A stretch of 64,000 nucleotides of DNA from Mobula birostris. Taxonomy: Eukaryota. The notes beneath the pieces are model-generated. The model was not told the DNA's origin. It was given only the letters and a program-made list of their open reading frames with translations, and did not search any database. The position numbers and the translations under genes are program-made. The first letter of the stretch is position 1. Each line of letters starts with the position of its first letter. The stretch spans positions 89,981,921-90,045,920 of the forward strand of contig NC_092383.1 of NCBI RefSeq assembly GCF_030028105.1, read 5' to 3'. Of this stretch, positions 16,830 to 39,397 are shown piece after piece.

Positions 16830-19430
16830 GGATGATCGAGCTGAGGGTGAGCCAGCAGGTTTTCAAGTAGATGATGGGTGTAACAAGAATGTAATGAAGG
16901 ACAAGCCAATGATGGGGTACAAATGCAGACAGAGCAAAGAACTCAACTGGACCACAGAGTCAAAATTCATCAGGGCGAAGGCTGCCGGACTGAAGCTGCG
17001 ATATTTAAATCCGCGTAGCATCCGGAATGAGGTGGGTGAACTCGTGGAACAATTAGAGGTTGGTTGGTGTGACATTGTGGGCATCACTGAGTCGTGGCTG
17101 GAAGACCATAGTTGTGAGTTTAACATCAAAGGATATACTCAGTAAAGTAAGGACAGGCAAGAAGGTACAGGCGGTGGTCTGGCTATATTAGTAAGAGATG
17201 GAATTACATCTGTAGATGCAGATGACGTAGGGTCTGAGAACATTGAATCTTTGTTGGTGGAGTTAAGAAACAGCAAAGGTGAAAAAAAACATTCTGAGAA
17301 TCTTATAGGCCTCCTAATAATAGCCAATATGTGGGGTTGAGTTTGTAAAGAGTGTTGGAAAAGGCATGTGAAAAGGATAATGATACAGTGGTATTGGGGG
17401 ACCTCAATATGCAAGTGGATTGGGAAAACCAGGTTCTTCCCCAGGAAAAAGAGAGGGAATTTGTTGAATGCCGATGAGAGGGCTTTTCAGAGCATCTTGT
17501 GCTTGAGCCTACTTGGGGAAAGGCTTTTGGGTGTTGTGTCATGACCCAGATCTCATTAGGGAGCTTAATGTTAAAGGAACCATTAGGAGACAGTGATCAT
17601 AATATGATTGAATTCATACTGCAAACTGAAAGGGAGAAGCATAAGTCACAGGTAATGCCGGTCGTGCATGCAGCCTGTTACAGAATCAAAACTCATTTGT
17701 AAGGCCAGTGATGTTGTGGGGATGGAACTGGACTCTCTCACGGTGGTGTCTGAAAAGAGGATGCTGTCCAAGTTGCATGCCATCTTGGACAATGTCTCCC
17801 ATCCACTACGTAATGTACTGATTGGGCACAGGAGTATATTCAGCCAGAGACTCATTCCACCGAGATGCAGCACAGAGCGTCATAGGAAGTCATTCCTGCC
17901 TGCGGACATCAAACTTTACAACTCCTCCCTTGGAGAGTCAGACACCCTGAGCCAATAGGCTGGTCCTGGACTTATTTCCATCTGGCATAATTTACATATT
18001 ATTATTTAATTATTTATGGTTTTATATTGCTATATTTATACTCTATTCTTGGTTGGTGCAACTGTAACGAAACTCAATTTCCCTCGGGATCAATAAAGTA
18101 TGTCTATCTATCTATCTATCTACCTAACAGTATAGCAATGGAATAAAGAAAATTACAGAGGCAAGAGACAGGAGGTTACCCCGGTGGATCAAAGGAAGAT
18201 TCGTTGTTGCCGGTCACGTGACAGAAGATACTGGCGGGGATGATGGTAGAGCAGAAGCAGCTGAAGTTTCTGAGAATAATTCACAAGGCACAGGATAGAT
18301 ATGTCCCATAGAAGAAGTAGTTCTCAAATAGCAGGGCTAGCCAACCGTGGATGACAAGGGAAGTTAAGGTCTGCATGAATGCCAAGGAAAGGGCATATAA
18401 GGTAGCGAAAGTGAGTGGGAAACTGGATGATTGGGAAGCTTTTAAAATCCTAGAGTGCTCGAGGTCTGTGAGTGTCAGGCAGCAGGAGTGAGTGACACAA
18501 AGGTCTTAAGGTGCTTAAGTCACTCACAATTCCTAGAGTCATTCCTAGACTCTCTCAAATGAACTACATCCCAGAGTCCTAAGAGACATTGCTGAACAAA
18601 TAATGGATGCTTTTGGCGTGATCTTTCAAGAATCCCTTAACTCTGGCATGGTCCTGGAGGACTGGAAGATAGTAAACATCACACCACTCTTTAAGAAGGG
18701 AGGAAAGTGAAAGAAAGGAAATTATAGGCCAGTTAGCCTAACTTCAATGTTTGGAAAAGTGTTGGAGTCTATTGTTAAGAATCAGGTTTTGGGGTACTTG
18801 GAGATTGATGATAAAAATTTCAAGGGGAATAGAATATAACAGCAAGGAGATAATGTTAGGCTTTAAAAGGCACTAGTCAGGTGCACTTGGAGTATTGTCA
18901 ACAGTTTTGAGACTCATATCTCAGAAAGGATGTGTTGTCATTGCAGAGAGTAGAGAGGATGATTCTGAGAGTGAAGGGGTTAACATATGAGAAGCATTTG
19001 GCAGCTTTGGGCCTGCACTCACTGGAACTTAGAAGCATGCGTGGGGATCTGATTGAAATCGACCAAATGTTGAAAAGTCTAGATAGGGTGGATGTGGAGA
19101 GGATGTTTCCACTGGTGGAGGTATCCAAACTAGAGAGTTCAGCCTCAAAATTGAGGGCCAAACTTTTAGAACAGAATTAAAGGAAGCTTTTCTTTAGCCA
19201 GAGAGTCGTGAATCGGTGGAATACTCTGCCACAGACTGTGGTGGAGGCCATCTCCAAAGGTATATCTGAGGCGGATGTTGCTAGTTTTCTGATCTCTCAG
19301 GGCATCAAAGAAAATGGCGAAAGGGCAGTTGTATGGGGTTGAGTGGGATCCGGGATCAGCCATGATGGAACAGTGGGACAGACTCAATGGGCTGAGTGGC
19401 CTAATTCTGCTTCTATATCTTATGGTCTTA
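16830..19430 (+). mobile_element. Internally deleted CR1-type LINE from AP-endonuclease to 3' tail, with a nested insertion
   Basis: LKLRYLN.RSIRN.VGEL...DIVGITESWL and LGDSDHNMIEF (endonuclease), gaggactggaag..aattataggccagttagcc (RT N-term), LELRSMRGDLIE, tail ctaattctgcttctatatcttatggtctta. Confidence 0.85.
17656..18125 (+). mobile_element. Rex1/Babar-like LINE 3' fragment with (ATCT)n tail nested in the CR1 (also ~40223-40692, ~62720-63189)
   Basis: KLICKASDVVGMELDSLTVVSEKRMLSKLHAILDNVSHPL...TERHRKSFLP.DIKLYN; caataaagtatgt(ctat)n. CR1 sequence resumes after it. Confidence 0.8.
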
Positions 19431-19854
19431 CATGGAGGTTGTACAAGGGAAAGGCAATAGCAGAATACAGACTATAGTGTAACAGTTACAGAGAATGTGC
19501 ATTGCAGGTATTAATAACTTTACATAGATACACACTTTATGATACCAAAGGAAATTACAGTGTCACAGTAGCATTACAAGTGTACAGATTTACAAATATG
19601 AGAAGAGAAGTAAGAAAGAATTAAAAAAAGTGACCTTAAAAATAAGATGTACAAGATTTACAAATCAGAGATTACAAGATTTTCAAGATTTCCAAATTCA
19701 CACTGATAAGATGGTAGTGCAAGAATTGCTGTAATATTATAAAGTAATGGGTGCATCTTCACACCATCAAGATAAGAACTGGTGGTGGTATTGCACAGTA
19801 TTGCACGATAGCAGGAGTGGTAAGCAGAGCTAAACAGATTGAAAGCAGAGCTCT

Positions 19855-21260
19855 AGTAATCAGAGGTAAATAGCAGTCGAACACGAGGGGTCATCACTTC
19901 CCTGGCAAAAGGTTGGCTATTGACCAAGGTTAAGAATGACCTCATGTCGTGCTCTTTGCAGCAGTGCAGTTGTCTTAGTCTATTACTGAAAGTGTTCCTT
20001 CGATCCGCCAAGGTGGTATGCAGAAGGTGAGAAACATTATCCAGAATTGCCAGGATTTTCCAAAGGGTTCCTTGTTCTACCACTGCCTCCAGTGTGTGCA
20101 GTTTGACACCTATAACAGAGCCAGCCTTTCTAATCAAATCAGCCAGTTTGCATCACCTGTGCTGATGCCATTGCCCCAGCACACCACTGCACAGAATATT
20201 CTACTGGAGGCAGCAGACGAGTAAAATATGTGCAGCAGAGGCCTCCGTTCTCCAAAGGACCGCGATCTTCTCAGGAAACAGAGGTGACTCTGGTCCTTCT
20301 TGTACACAGCCTCTGTGTGGGTGCTCCTTTCAAGTCCGCAATCCACGTGCAAACCTGGGTACTTGTAGGTCCCACCACACCCACATTCTCACCATCAATT
20401 GTAACAGACAGAGGGGCTGGCTTAGTCTTCCTAAAGTCCATCTCCATCTCCTTTGTCTTACTGATGTTGAGCTGCAAATGATTCCGTTTGCACTGTTTGA
20501 CAATGTCCTCCGCCAGGGCCCTGTATTCATCCTCCCATCCTCCCTTTAAAAACCCAACTATTGCTGAGTCATCGGAGATTTCTGCAGATGACATGACTCA
20601 GAGTTGTACCTAAAGTCTGAGGTATACAGAGTACAGATGAAGGGAGCCAATTCCATCCCCTGTGGAGTCCCAGTGCAGCTTTTAGCCACGTCTGACACAC
20701 AGCTCTGAAGCTGCACAAACTGTGGTCTGCCAGTCAGGTCAGCCATTATCCAGGATCCAATGGAAGTGCTAACCTGCTTTGAACAGAGATTCTCCCCCAG
20801 CAAGGAGCGTTGTATGGTATTGATGGCACTTGAGAAATCAAACAACATGATCCTCACAGTACTGCCTTGTTTATCAAAATGGGAGTAGGCTCTGTTCAGC
20901 GGGTAAATGACACCATCGTCAACTGCAATGTGCTCCTGGTAGGTAAACTGCAGGAGATCGAGGTCTGATCTGACCAGGGGTCAAAGGTAAGCCAGGAACA
21001 GCCTCTCTAAGGACTTCATGATGTGTGAGGTCAGGGCCACAGGATGGCAGTTATTCAAGATTATTTGGTCAGCCCTTCTTGGGCACTGAGACCAAATATG
21101 ATGTTAGCCAGATTGAAAATTCACTGGAGAACTCCACACAGCTGCTCAGCACACTCCTTCTGAACCTTGGGGTTCACACCATCCAGTAGTAATTCTTTGC
21201 TATGTCTGAGTTTCCACAGAGTTTCCCTTCACATCTGCTCAGTAGTGAAGGTCAGTCCAT
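19855..21260 (-). mobile_element. Decayed Rex1/Babar-like LINE, RT region to C-terminus
   Basis: RIMLFDFSSAINTIQ, TGTPQG.LAPF..TLYTSDF, SDDSAIVG, HLQLNISKTKEM.MDFRK, ILDNVSHLL in shifting frames. Confidence 0.85.
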
Positions 21261-23612
21261 GATGACTGTGGAATTGGTGTAAGTAGGGGGCTGGGGAGGA
21301 GAGGTTTGGGATAATAGAAGATAATTGTTCATTATAAATTGCTTTTTGGGTAGGCTCGGAAATTGAAGGATTGCTGGACAGTATGACTCGAAGGGCCAAA
21401 ATAGGCTATTCCTCACTGTATCGCAGTAAAATAAAAAATGAAGTTAGAACAACAGAATTCAGAATAAAGAGTGACAGTCACAGAGAAAGAGCAGTGCAGG
21501 TTGACATTAAGGGGAAAGATCATAACGAGGTAGATTATGAGCTCAAGAATCTATCTCATTTTGCTAGGGAACCATTCAATAGTCTGAAAACAGCAGGGAA
21601 TTGCTGTCCTTGAGCCTGGTGGTACCTGCTTTCAGGGTTTTGTAGATTCTGCCCTCTGAGAGAGGAGAGAAGAGACATTGTCTCAGGTGGATGAGTCCTT
21701 GATTATTCTGGCTGCTCACCAAAGTAATCCAGAGCTAAAAGAGAATGCTGGATGGCTCAGGTGAGGCAAATGATTCCTTGAACCTCTTCCACCCTGGTTA
21801 ACATCATTCGGTATTGATGACGTGGCCTCCTTGACATTGGTGAAGCCAAGCATAGATTAGACCAGTGGTGGAGAACCATTTTGAGAGAGTGTGTCCAAAT
21901 TGGCGAGAATCATCTAAAGAAATTCTGCTGTGCAGCAGGGTAAGTTTGAGGAGAAATGATCATTAATTAATGCATTAGTGACAATAATCATGAACATTTT
22001 TAAAGGAAAAAGGATGTGTCCTCTTTATTTATGTGTATTTATTCAGTTATTATTAATAAAAGTCTAAGAGAGATTGAAATAAATGAGGCATTTTAGAAAA
22101 CCTCTTCAAAAATGTATTAATATTCATCTGTAAAAAGATATGTGAAAAATAACTTCATTTTAAATAATAATGATTTTGTAACCATTTGTCATGCAAATAC
22201 TGATGGGTATACCAGGTCTGCTGTCATGAGATCTGCTGGCCTTTGTGACATGCCAGAGAGCGTTAGGCTTCTGCCTTTCTGTAACACCTGTATTTACTAA
22301 TTGTTGTTTTAAATAGAGTCGTTCAGCCCTTGTGCTTTCTGTTTAATCTTGTTCAGTTAATTGTGACTGGGACGGGTTTTCCGCATTTTGTGGTTATTTA
22401 CAGCGGTCTCCTGAATACCATTCAACACAGGGTCCTTGTGTTGAGAACGACTTGTCTCGCGGTGTCGCTGGATTGTGCCTCCGATGTTCTATGCAATTCC
22501 TACCTATAACCTCTTGCTTTTGTCTCTGAATGTGAATCTGCCATTTCTCCACACCAGAGTTGAGTCTTTTCCAGCACTCACCATGACATAAGGACCCCGT
22601 AATCAATGGACCCATCAGATGTTCAAGAGCGGCTTGGACATCGGTCACCTGGAGACAAGGGTGGCCTCCTTACTGAGTTTCTGATTTCCATGATGGAAAA
22701 ATAACCTTGAAAATGCAAAACCGCAGTGGCAACATGAAAGTTTGGGAAATGCAGGGCTGGGCTTCTTGAAGAGTGGTGACAGGAGATGATTAGTTCTGAT
22801 TCAGTGGCTTCACCTGGCACTGTGTATTGGTCCACTTACTGCAGTGTTTCTTATCTCTGGGGACTGTATAAAAAGAGAGCATTCAGTGGGACTTGGACGT
22901 AATACTTTGAGGTCTCACCGACAGGATTGAGTAGGAGGTGTGTTGCAGTGGGAGGGGCCTGGGCACACCCAGGTAAGTTTTTTAATACTTGCTCTGTTCT
23001 GTCCACTAAACAGAGTTTGTACTTCCAGAAGATTTTACACACACACACACACACACATACACACACACACATACACACACACACACACAATGAAAGAAAA
23101 AAGGAACTGGAATTCTGGTAATATGCATCTCATGATTAAATTTTATTCAACAAACTATTTATAGATATATCCCACAGGGTAGAGCAATAGGCTGTGTGAT
23201 GTTCAGCTCACATTTACATCAAATAGATTTCACTCCATGAGAAAGGTTCTGGAGTGAATCACTGGAAACCACAGCTGAAGAGGAAAATCAGGAAGGAAGA
23301 GAGGAAAAGAGAGGAATCTGAGAAGAGGCATAATTACATGATGTCAATATTTGCATATCCAGTCCAGATCCAAAATTCGTAGATTGGTCCTTTAAAATCC
23401 CATCCTGGCTGGGCGTTTATTTCAGTTCTCCCGCTTTTTGCATTTTCCTTTCAGTAAAACCCCAGCATTCAATAGGGTGTCTTCACCTTCAGGATTCTGA
23501 AAGTGACTCCCTGATCTTTGATACTGACGGGTCAGATGAAAAATCAGATGGCTTAAGTCAACCTGCAAATATGAACTTGGATGGACCTTCAATGGGAACA
23601 TTCAGGGGCAAG

Positions 23613-32228
<8,616 letters not shown>

Positions 32229-32284
32229 GTTGAATCGATTGGATTCCTTTCAGAATCTGACATCGGGCTTGTGAGCCCTAATAC

Positions 32285-32508
32285 TTATACTCAAGGAATC
32301 ATTGTCACGTGGACACAGAGACAATCATTCCATATGAAAAGTAAATATTCTGGTACTCGTGATCAGTTTCTCTCTGATAAAATACATTCTATTAAGGACA
32401 CCCTTCAATGTAGAAGTTGATAACAAAGTATGTTAAGTGCTGTGAAATTAAAGATAATTCTTATCATAGATAACACAATCTGAAATTAGGTTCAAAACTG
32501 TTTTATCA
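32285..32508 (-). promoter_or_regulatory. Putative pepsinogen proximal promoter, copy 2
   Basis: Same TATA, E-box and GATA motifs as copy 1 at offset +22554. Confidence 0.6.
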
Positions 32509-35500
32509 AATGACTGAGACCTAAACAGTCCTTCCAGGTGAGGTAGCCCTTTACTTGTGAACCCACCAGTGTCATTTATTGTATCTGGTTTTCCCCTTGA
32601 GGCCTCCTCTACATCAGTGAGACCTGACACAGAATGGACGATGGTGTCATTGACTGGCTACTCTGTCTATGTCTCTCATAATTTTGTGAAGTCCAACTGA
32701 AGTTCAAAGACCAGAGTATATTTGAATATCCACTGTTTATTCACTTCCACAGACGCTGCCTGACCTGCTGAGTTCCTCCAGCATTTTAAGTGTGTTGCTT
32801 TGGATTTCCAGCATCTGCAGACTTTTTCATGTGCAGTGAAACCCACATGGTCACGGGGAGAATGTACAAACTCCTTACAGACAGCGGGGGACATCGATCC
32901 CTAATTTACTGCAGGTTCTGTAAAGCACTGTGCTTACCACTGCATTACTGTGCTGCCCGACATGTGCTTTCAGCATGTTGACCTTCATAAATCAGAGAAC
33001 CGGGCTGTTATCTCGAAGTTGTCTAAGACGTGCGTGAGGCCAAATTTGGAGTATTGTGTGCAGTTCTGGTCACCTATCTACTGGAAAGATATCAGGAATA
33101 TTGAAAGAGGACAGAGAAAATTTACAAGGATATTGCTGGGACTTGAGGACCTGAGGTAGAGGGAAAGGTTGCATAGACATGGACTTCATTCCCTGCAGCG
33201 AAGGAGAATGTGAGGAAATTTGATAGATGTGTACAAAATGTTGATGGGTATGGATATTGTCAATGGAAACAGGCTTCTTCTGTTGAGGTTGGTTAAGACA
33301 AGAGGTACAGGTAATAGGTTAAGGGTGAAAGATGAAATATTTAAGAAAAATTTGAGAAGAGACCACCATTACTCCGAGGGTGGTGAGAGTGTAGAATGAG
33401 CTGTCAGTCGAAGTGGTGAACTCCAGTTTGATTGCAACATTTAAGAGAAGTTTGGATAAGTACATGGATGAGGAGGATCATGGTCCAGGTGGGAGTCGAT
33501 GACACGAGCAGTTCAGCCTGGCCTAGGTGGGCAGAAGTGCCTGTGTCTGATCTTGCGGGAATGGAACCCACTCTAAGGACCTCACGAACAGCCGCTTATT
33601 AATATCCCCAAGGACACGGCCTGGAAGACGAGCGTGCTTACAGGGTTCCAGAGATTTCATGGCTCTGGGGACATGCTGATTCCAGGCCGGTGCCATAAAT
33701 TGAAGCATCGCGGGAGAACGCAAACATCGGGAGCAGCAGGTTGGCTGCCAGGGGTTGTGTGCTCGGGGAGCTGCAGCTTTTTGCTGCCAAATCTCTAGGC
33801 GCAGAGCTCAGAAAAAGCGAAGCAACAGACTTTTAACATCGTAAATCAGTGAGTTGTTTGTTATGTCTCCTGTCTCACTGTGAAATGGGACACCCTTTTT
33901 TTCCCTTATTAAGAAGAGTGAGAGCCTGTGGTATGTCAAATTATCGGGTGAACGAGTAGTCTTTGGGGTACTGCAAGTCTGTGTCTTTATTGATGCTTTG
34001 CTGCATGCTTGAGTGCTCGGTGGGCAGTGTTGATGCATTTTTGCTGGTGGGGGTGGGGGTCTGGATGTTGCCTTGTTGCTGCTTGTGCAAGGGAGGGGGA
34101 GTTGCCGGGGGGGGAGCTTTGGGGCTCTAAGTTTTAACTGTCAATCATTCCTTGGGGCACTCCTCCGTTTTTGTGGATGTCTGCGAAGAAAATAAATTTC
34201 AGGATCAATGTATTGTATACATTTCTCTGACATTAAATGCACTTATTGAAACCTGTTGCAGTGTTCTGTAACTCTGACTCCAAACCCATCCTATTGTTGT
34301 ACTTGTCTAATTGTCCCTCCCTCCACCACTACTTCTGGCAGCTCATTCCATGTACCCACCACACTCCATGGGGGAAAATATTGCCCCTCAGGTGCCCTTT
34401 AAATCTTTCCCATCTCACCTTAAATCATTACCTTTTATTTTTAGACTATGAAAAGAACTGTGACCATTCACTTTATGTACACAGCTCGTGATTTTATAAA
34501 CCTTGAGAAGGTCACCTCTCAGCCTCCTTCACTCCAGGGAAAACAGACACAACCTGTCCAGTCTCACGAACCAACAACGAAACAAAAAGAACCGTAGCAG
34601 GATCATCGACCCCTAAATACCTACTCCCCGCACGCAGAAATGGACAAAAATGGAGCAGTCACATCAACCTCCAAATCTCCCTCTCCACACACAACGAATG
34701 AGAAACATCAGGCAAATAAACACAGAATATAAAATACTGTAAGACTGACCAAAAATCTGCAGTCCAAGTCCAAATCCAAAACGCAGAAAACCTGGGTAAA
34801 CCAGCGGCTGTTCTTTCCCTCTCTGACAGCAGAGTGATCCCACCAGTGTTCAAAAGGCAGTATCCCTTCTCTGACAGCAGACAATCCCACCAGCGATCAA
34901 AAGCCTGGCAGTGGGTGTTCACCTTCCGTTTTCACTCGATATTTCACCCTCTCTCCTTGTTTTAATCGGCGAACAATGGAAGATTTAATCCACAAAATGG
35001 AGCCGAACATCGGCTTGAGGCCCATGCTGCAGTCTTCCCGCCACGATCCTCTCAGAGACTACAGAGCATGAAAACACCCTGACGATTTCCAAAATGGAAA
35101 TCACAGGCTCAAACAGTCTCAGAATCACATTCAAGACAAAAAACAAACATAAAAGAAGCGAAATATATGGTTTCATAATCTATCCACAGTCATGAGTCTA
35201 ACTGTCATCGATACTGTGGATACTGAACTTTTTACTGTTGGACTTCGGCCATATTCCACCGAGATACCACACTGGGCGGCAGGGAAGGTTGGTCCTGCCT
35301 GTGGCCATCGAACTTGCAGCTTCTCCTGTGGAGGGTCAGACACTCTGAGCCAATAGACTGGTCCTGGATTTAATTTCCATCTGGCATAGTTTGCATATTG
35401 TTTGATTGTTTGTGGTTTTTGTATTGCTATATTTATGCTCTATTCTTGGTTGGTGCGGCTGTAACGAAACCCAATTTCCCTTGGGATCAATAAAGTATAT

Positions 35501-36196
35501 CTATCTATCTATCTATCTATCTATACTACGGTAGGAAGAGTCATAAGTCCAATTGTCATTGACACCACACTACAGTCATGAGTCTGATTGTCATCGACAC
35601 TACAGTGTGAAGAGCCATGAGTCCGATTGTCATCGATCGTACTCTACGAGGAGTCATGAGTCCGATTGTCCTTGACACTACAGTACGAACAGTCTTGATT
35701 CTGATTGTCACCAACACCTCAGTACGAGGAGTTATGAGTCCGACTGTCATGGGCACTGCAGTACCAACAGACATGAGTCCGACTGTCATATACACTTGTC
35801 TTGAGTCCGATTGTCACAGACACTACAACACAGAAACAGGCCCTTCATCCAATCCAGCCCATGCCAGTCTAGTCTTCTGTCTGATTCCAGCTCCTGCACC
35901 CACATCAATGCCCTCTGGAACCCACACATCCATATACCTATGCTAACCTCTTAAAGACTCACTCTTAACAATTTAAGAACACCTTCTTCCTCTTCACCGT
36001 CAGATGTCTGAACAGTCTATAAACCCATGAATGGCAAAGCACAGGAACATTCTCTTCAGCCTTCAATGTTCCCTTGAGGCTCATTCCAAGCATCTAACAC
36101 TCTCCATGTAAAAAACTTGCCCCACGCATCTGCTATAAACTTACGCTCTCTCAGCTGAACTGCATGCCCTCTGGAATTAGATAATTCAACCCTGGG

Positions 36197-37044
36197 AATT
36201 GAATTGACTTTATTACGCACATCCTTCATATACATGAGGAGTAAAAATCTTTACAGTAGGTCTCTGTCTAAATGTGCAATAAGCAATTTATATAAATTTA
36301 TAATAAATAGTACGTACAACAAATATAACATGGAAATACAGTTGTATCAGCATGAATTAATCAGTCTCATGGCCTGGTGGAAGAAGCCGTCCCAGAGCCT
36401 GTTGGTCCTGGCTTTTACGCTGCGGTACCGCTTCCCGGATGGTAGCAGCTGGAACAGTTTGTGGTTGGGGCGACTCAGGTCCCCAATGACTCTTTGGGCC
36501 CTTTATACATACCTGTCCTGAATAGTGGGAAGTTCCCATCTACAGATGCGCTGGGCTGTCCACACCACTCTCTGCAGAGTCCTGCGATTGAAGGAAGTAC
36601 AGTTCCCATACCAGGCAGGGATGCAGCCAATCAAGATGCTCTCAATTGTGCCCCTGTAGAAAGTTCTTTGGATTTGGAGGCCCATACCAAATTTCTTCAA
36701 CTGAAAGAGGCGCTGTAGTGCCTTTTTCACCACACAGCCGGTATGTACAGACCATGTGAGATCCTTGGAGATGTGTATGTCGAGGATCTTAAATCTGTTC
36801 ACCCTCTCAGCTCCAGATCCATTGATGTCAATAGCGGCTCTACTGTCTCCATACCTCCTGTAGTCCATAACCAGCTCCTTCCTTTTTGTGACATTGAGGG
36901 AGAGGTTGTCTTCTTGACATGATTGTGTCAGCGTGATGATTTCTTCTCTGTAGGAAGCCTCATTATTATTTGAGATTAGGCCAATCAGTGCAGTATCGTC
37001 AGCAAATTTAATTAGCAGATTGGAGCTGTGAGTGACGACACACT
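36197..37044 (-). mobile_element. Rex1/Babar- or L2-clade LINE 3' fragment (unit 2)
   Basis: ORF 36503-36868. Confidence 0.8.
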
Positions 37045-39397
37045 CGCCAGCTATCTATCCCTCTCATACTCTCAGAGGCCTTTTTATCAGCTACACCCAT
37101 GCACCTGCTCATTAATGCCAATCATGTAGCTGCCACTCAATGCATAAAAGCATGCAGACATGGGCAAGAGGTTCAGCTGTTCTTCAGACCAAAACTCAGA
37201 ATGGGGAAGTAAAGTATTCGGACTGTGTTGGTCATTGACACAAACAATGCATTTCACAGTATGTTTCAATGTTTCCATGTACTGTCTTTGTGACATATAA
37301 AACTGGTCCATCTCTTCAAAAACTCAGTGAAATTAACCAAGACCTTCAGAAATACAGGATGAAACATGCAACAGGACAAATAATTTCAAGCTATTTTTCT
37401 AATAGTTTCAAGGGTATTCATACCTGGGGAATTGTTCAATCAAATGGATAATAAGCAGATTTGTAAACATATTAAAAATGCTCTGTCAACAAAAGAGAAT
37501 CAGTAATAAGTGCCTATTATTGACTATTAATTGATAAGGTGAGCAATTAAACATGACTTCTGTTAATAAAATTAACCTCTTGTGTTTCGCTTTGCTCTCA
37601 CTGCTGATCTAAGACAACAGTGAAAACAAATTCAAGTGAAAAACTTCAAATTCTGGAAATCCAAGCAACGCACACAAATTACTCGATGATCTCACAGGCC
37701 AGGCAGCGTTTATGGAAAAGAGTACAATCGATGTTTAGGGCCAAGACCCTTCATCAAAACAAAATATTTGCCCACAAGAATGCCCTCGGTTCCATTTCAA
37801 TTCTGAAGTCAATTGTAGACAGTCAGCACAATCATGAGTACTCGCCACCGTAGTATCTGTGACGTCTTGAAGAAGCCGAGCCTCAAAGGCTGTGTCCATC
37901 ATTGAGGACCCCCACCACACAGGCCATGCCCCCTTCTCATTGTGACTGTCAGGAGGAGGGACAGAAGCCTGAAGGCACGCACTCAGCAATTCAGAAACAG
38001 CTTGCCATCCAGTTTCTAAATTGACATTGAACTTATGAACACCACCTCACCACATTTGTATTATTTATTTCCATTTCTGCACAAGTTACTTTAACTTAAC
38101 CATTTAATATATAAATATACACTTACTGGAATTCAGCTTTTTCAATATTTTTCATGTATTGCACTGTACAGCTAACACAAATTTAACAAATTTCACAACA
38201 TATGCCGGTGATATTAGTCTTGATCATGCTTGCTGTATATTTTGCATCGATATAAGAAAGATTTTGCATTTATGCTGCACTTCTAGTAGCCTTATTTTCT
38301 CGATAACGTTTCACACTCTTCAATTGACAGATTTGAAAGGTCAGGGTGTCGGGGCCTGAGGCGAGAGACGGGCTGGTTCAGCTCACTTCTCCGTGATACT
38401 TACTCAGCTCCGCACCGAACTGAGAGTCTGCGGCTTCACGTCTGTGGACAGACTCTCTTTTGTGGACATCAGTTCTGATCACTGTTTGCTTGCTTCGATT
38501 GTTTGCATGATCTGTTTTTCTTCTCTCTGCTCGTTGGGTGTTTGACAGTCTGCTTTTTTAATGGATTCTTTTGTGTTTCTTTGTTTTATGGCTACCTGTA
38601 AGGAGACATATCTCTAGAACGTATATGTATACATACTGTGATCATAAGCACACTTTGAACTTTGAACATCTTCTGAAGTATATTATAATTGGTAATTTGG
38701 TTTACTACTGTCACATTCACTGGAGTGCAACAACAATGAACCAATTTACCAGTTAGAATGAACTTCAGAAGATGACAATGTCGGTAAGGAGTTATTATTG
38801 TCACAAAAGGGGTGAGGGGTATATGGGGTGTCCAGGGATGGGTAGCACCTCTGGCAAAGGGGCTTGTTGTGTCCATTCTAGGGCAGATGACTCACCTTTC
38901 AGACACTCAGCTCTCACCCGTGGCTCCTAGTATCTGTTTGTATGTGACAGCAGCCAAACCCAATACAGCGCTTCACTAGGTGGGGAAAACCAGGTGGGGA
39001 AAACCAGGTGGGGGTACCAGACCTGCCCTAGCATGCAAAGTCTGCTCTGGTAGACTGAGATCTGTAGTGAGATCCAACAACTAGGAAGGTGGTTCTGCAC
39101 CGCTCTGAGGAGAGCGAACGGCATGAAAAGGCATGGAAGTTGTCATGGTTGTCCACTGCGACCAAGGAATACCTCAGCTTGTGACGCTTGTTTCTACCAC
39201 TGGGCCTGGACTGCTGATGTCTAGAAAGTGGAACTGACCCAGTGCGATAGATTTTCCACTTTAAAAACTCTCCCACACAGGTATCTATCACTGTTGGCCA
39301 CGATGAACAAGAACCACTTGCGGTGCAATGATACACCTTGTTTTACATGTCACCCGTACAGATCAATTCATCACATCAGTACATATGATGGGAATCA

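Noticed and set aside
16660-17145. 161-aa ORF conserved in all three units
   Set aside because: The C-terminal part is CR1 endonuclease and the rest is chance read-through; conservation reflects recent duplication.
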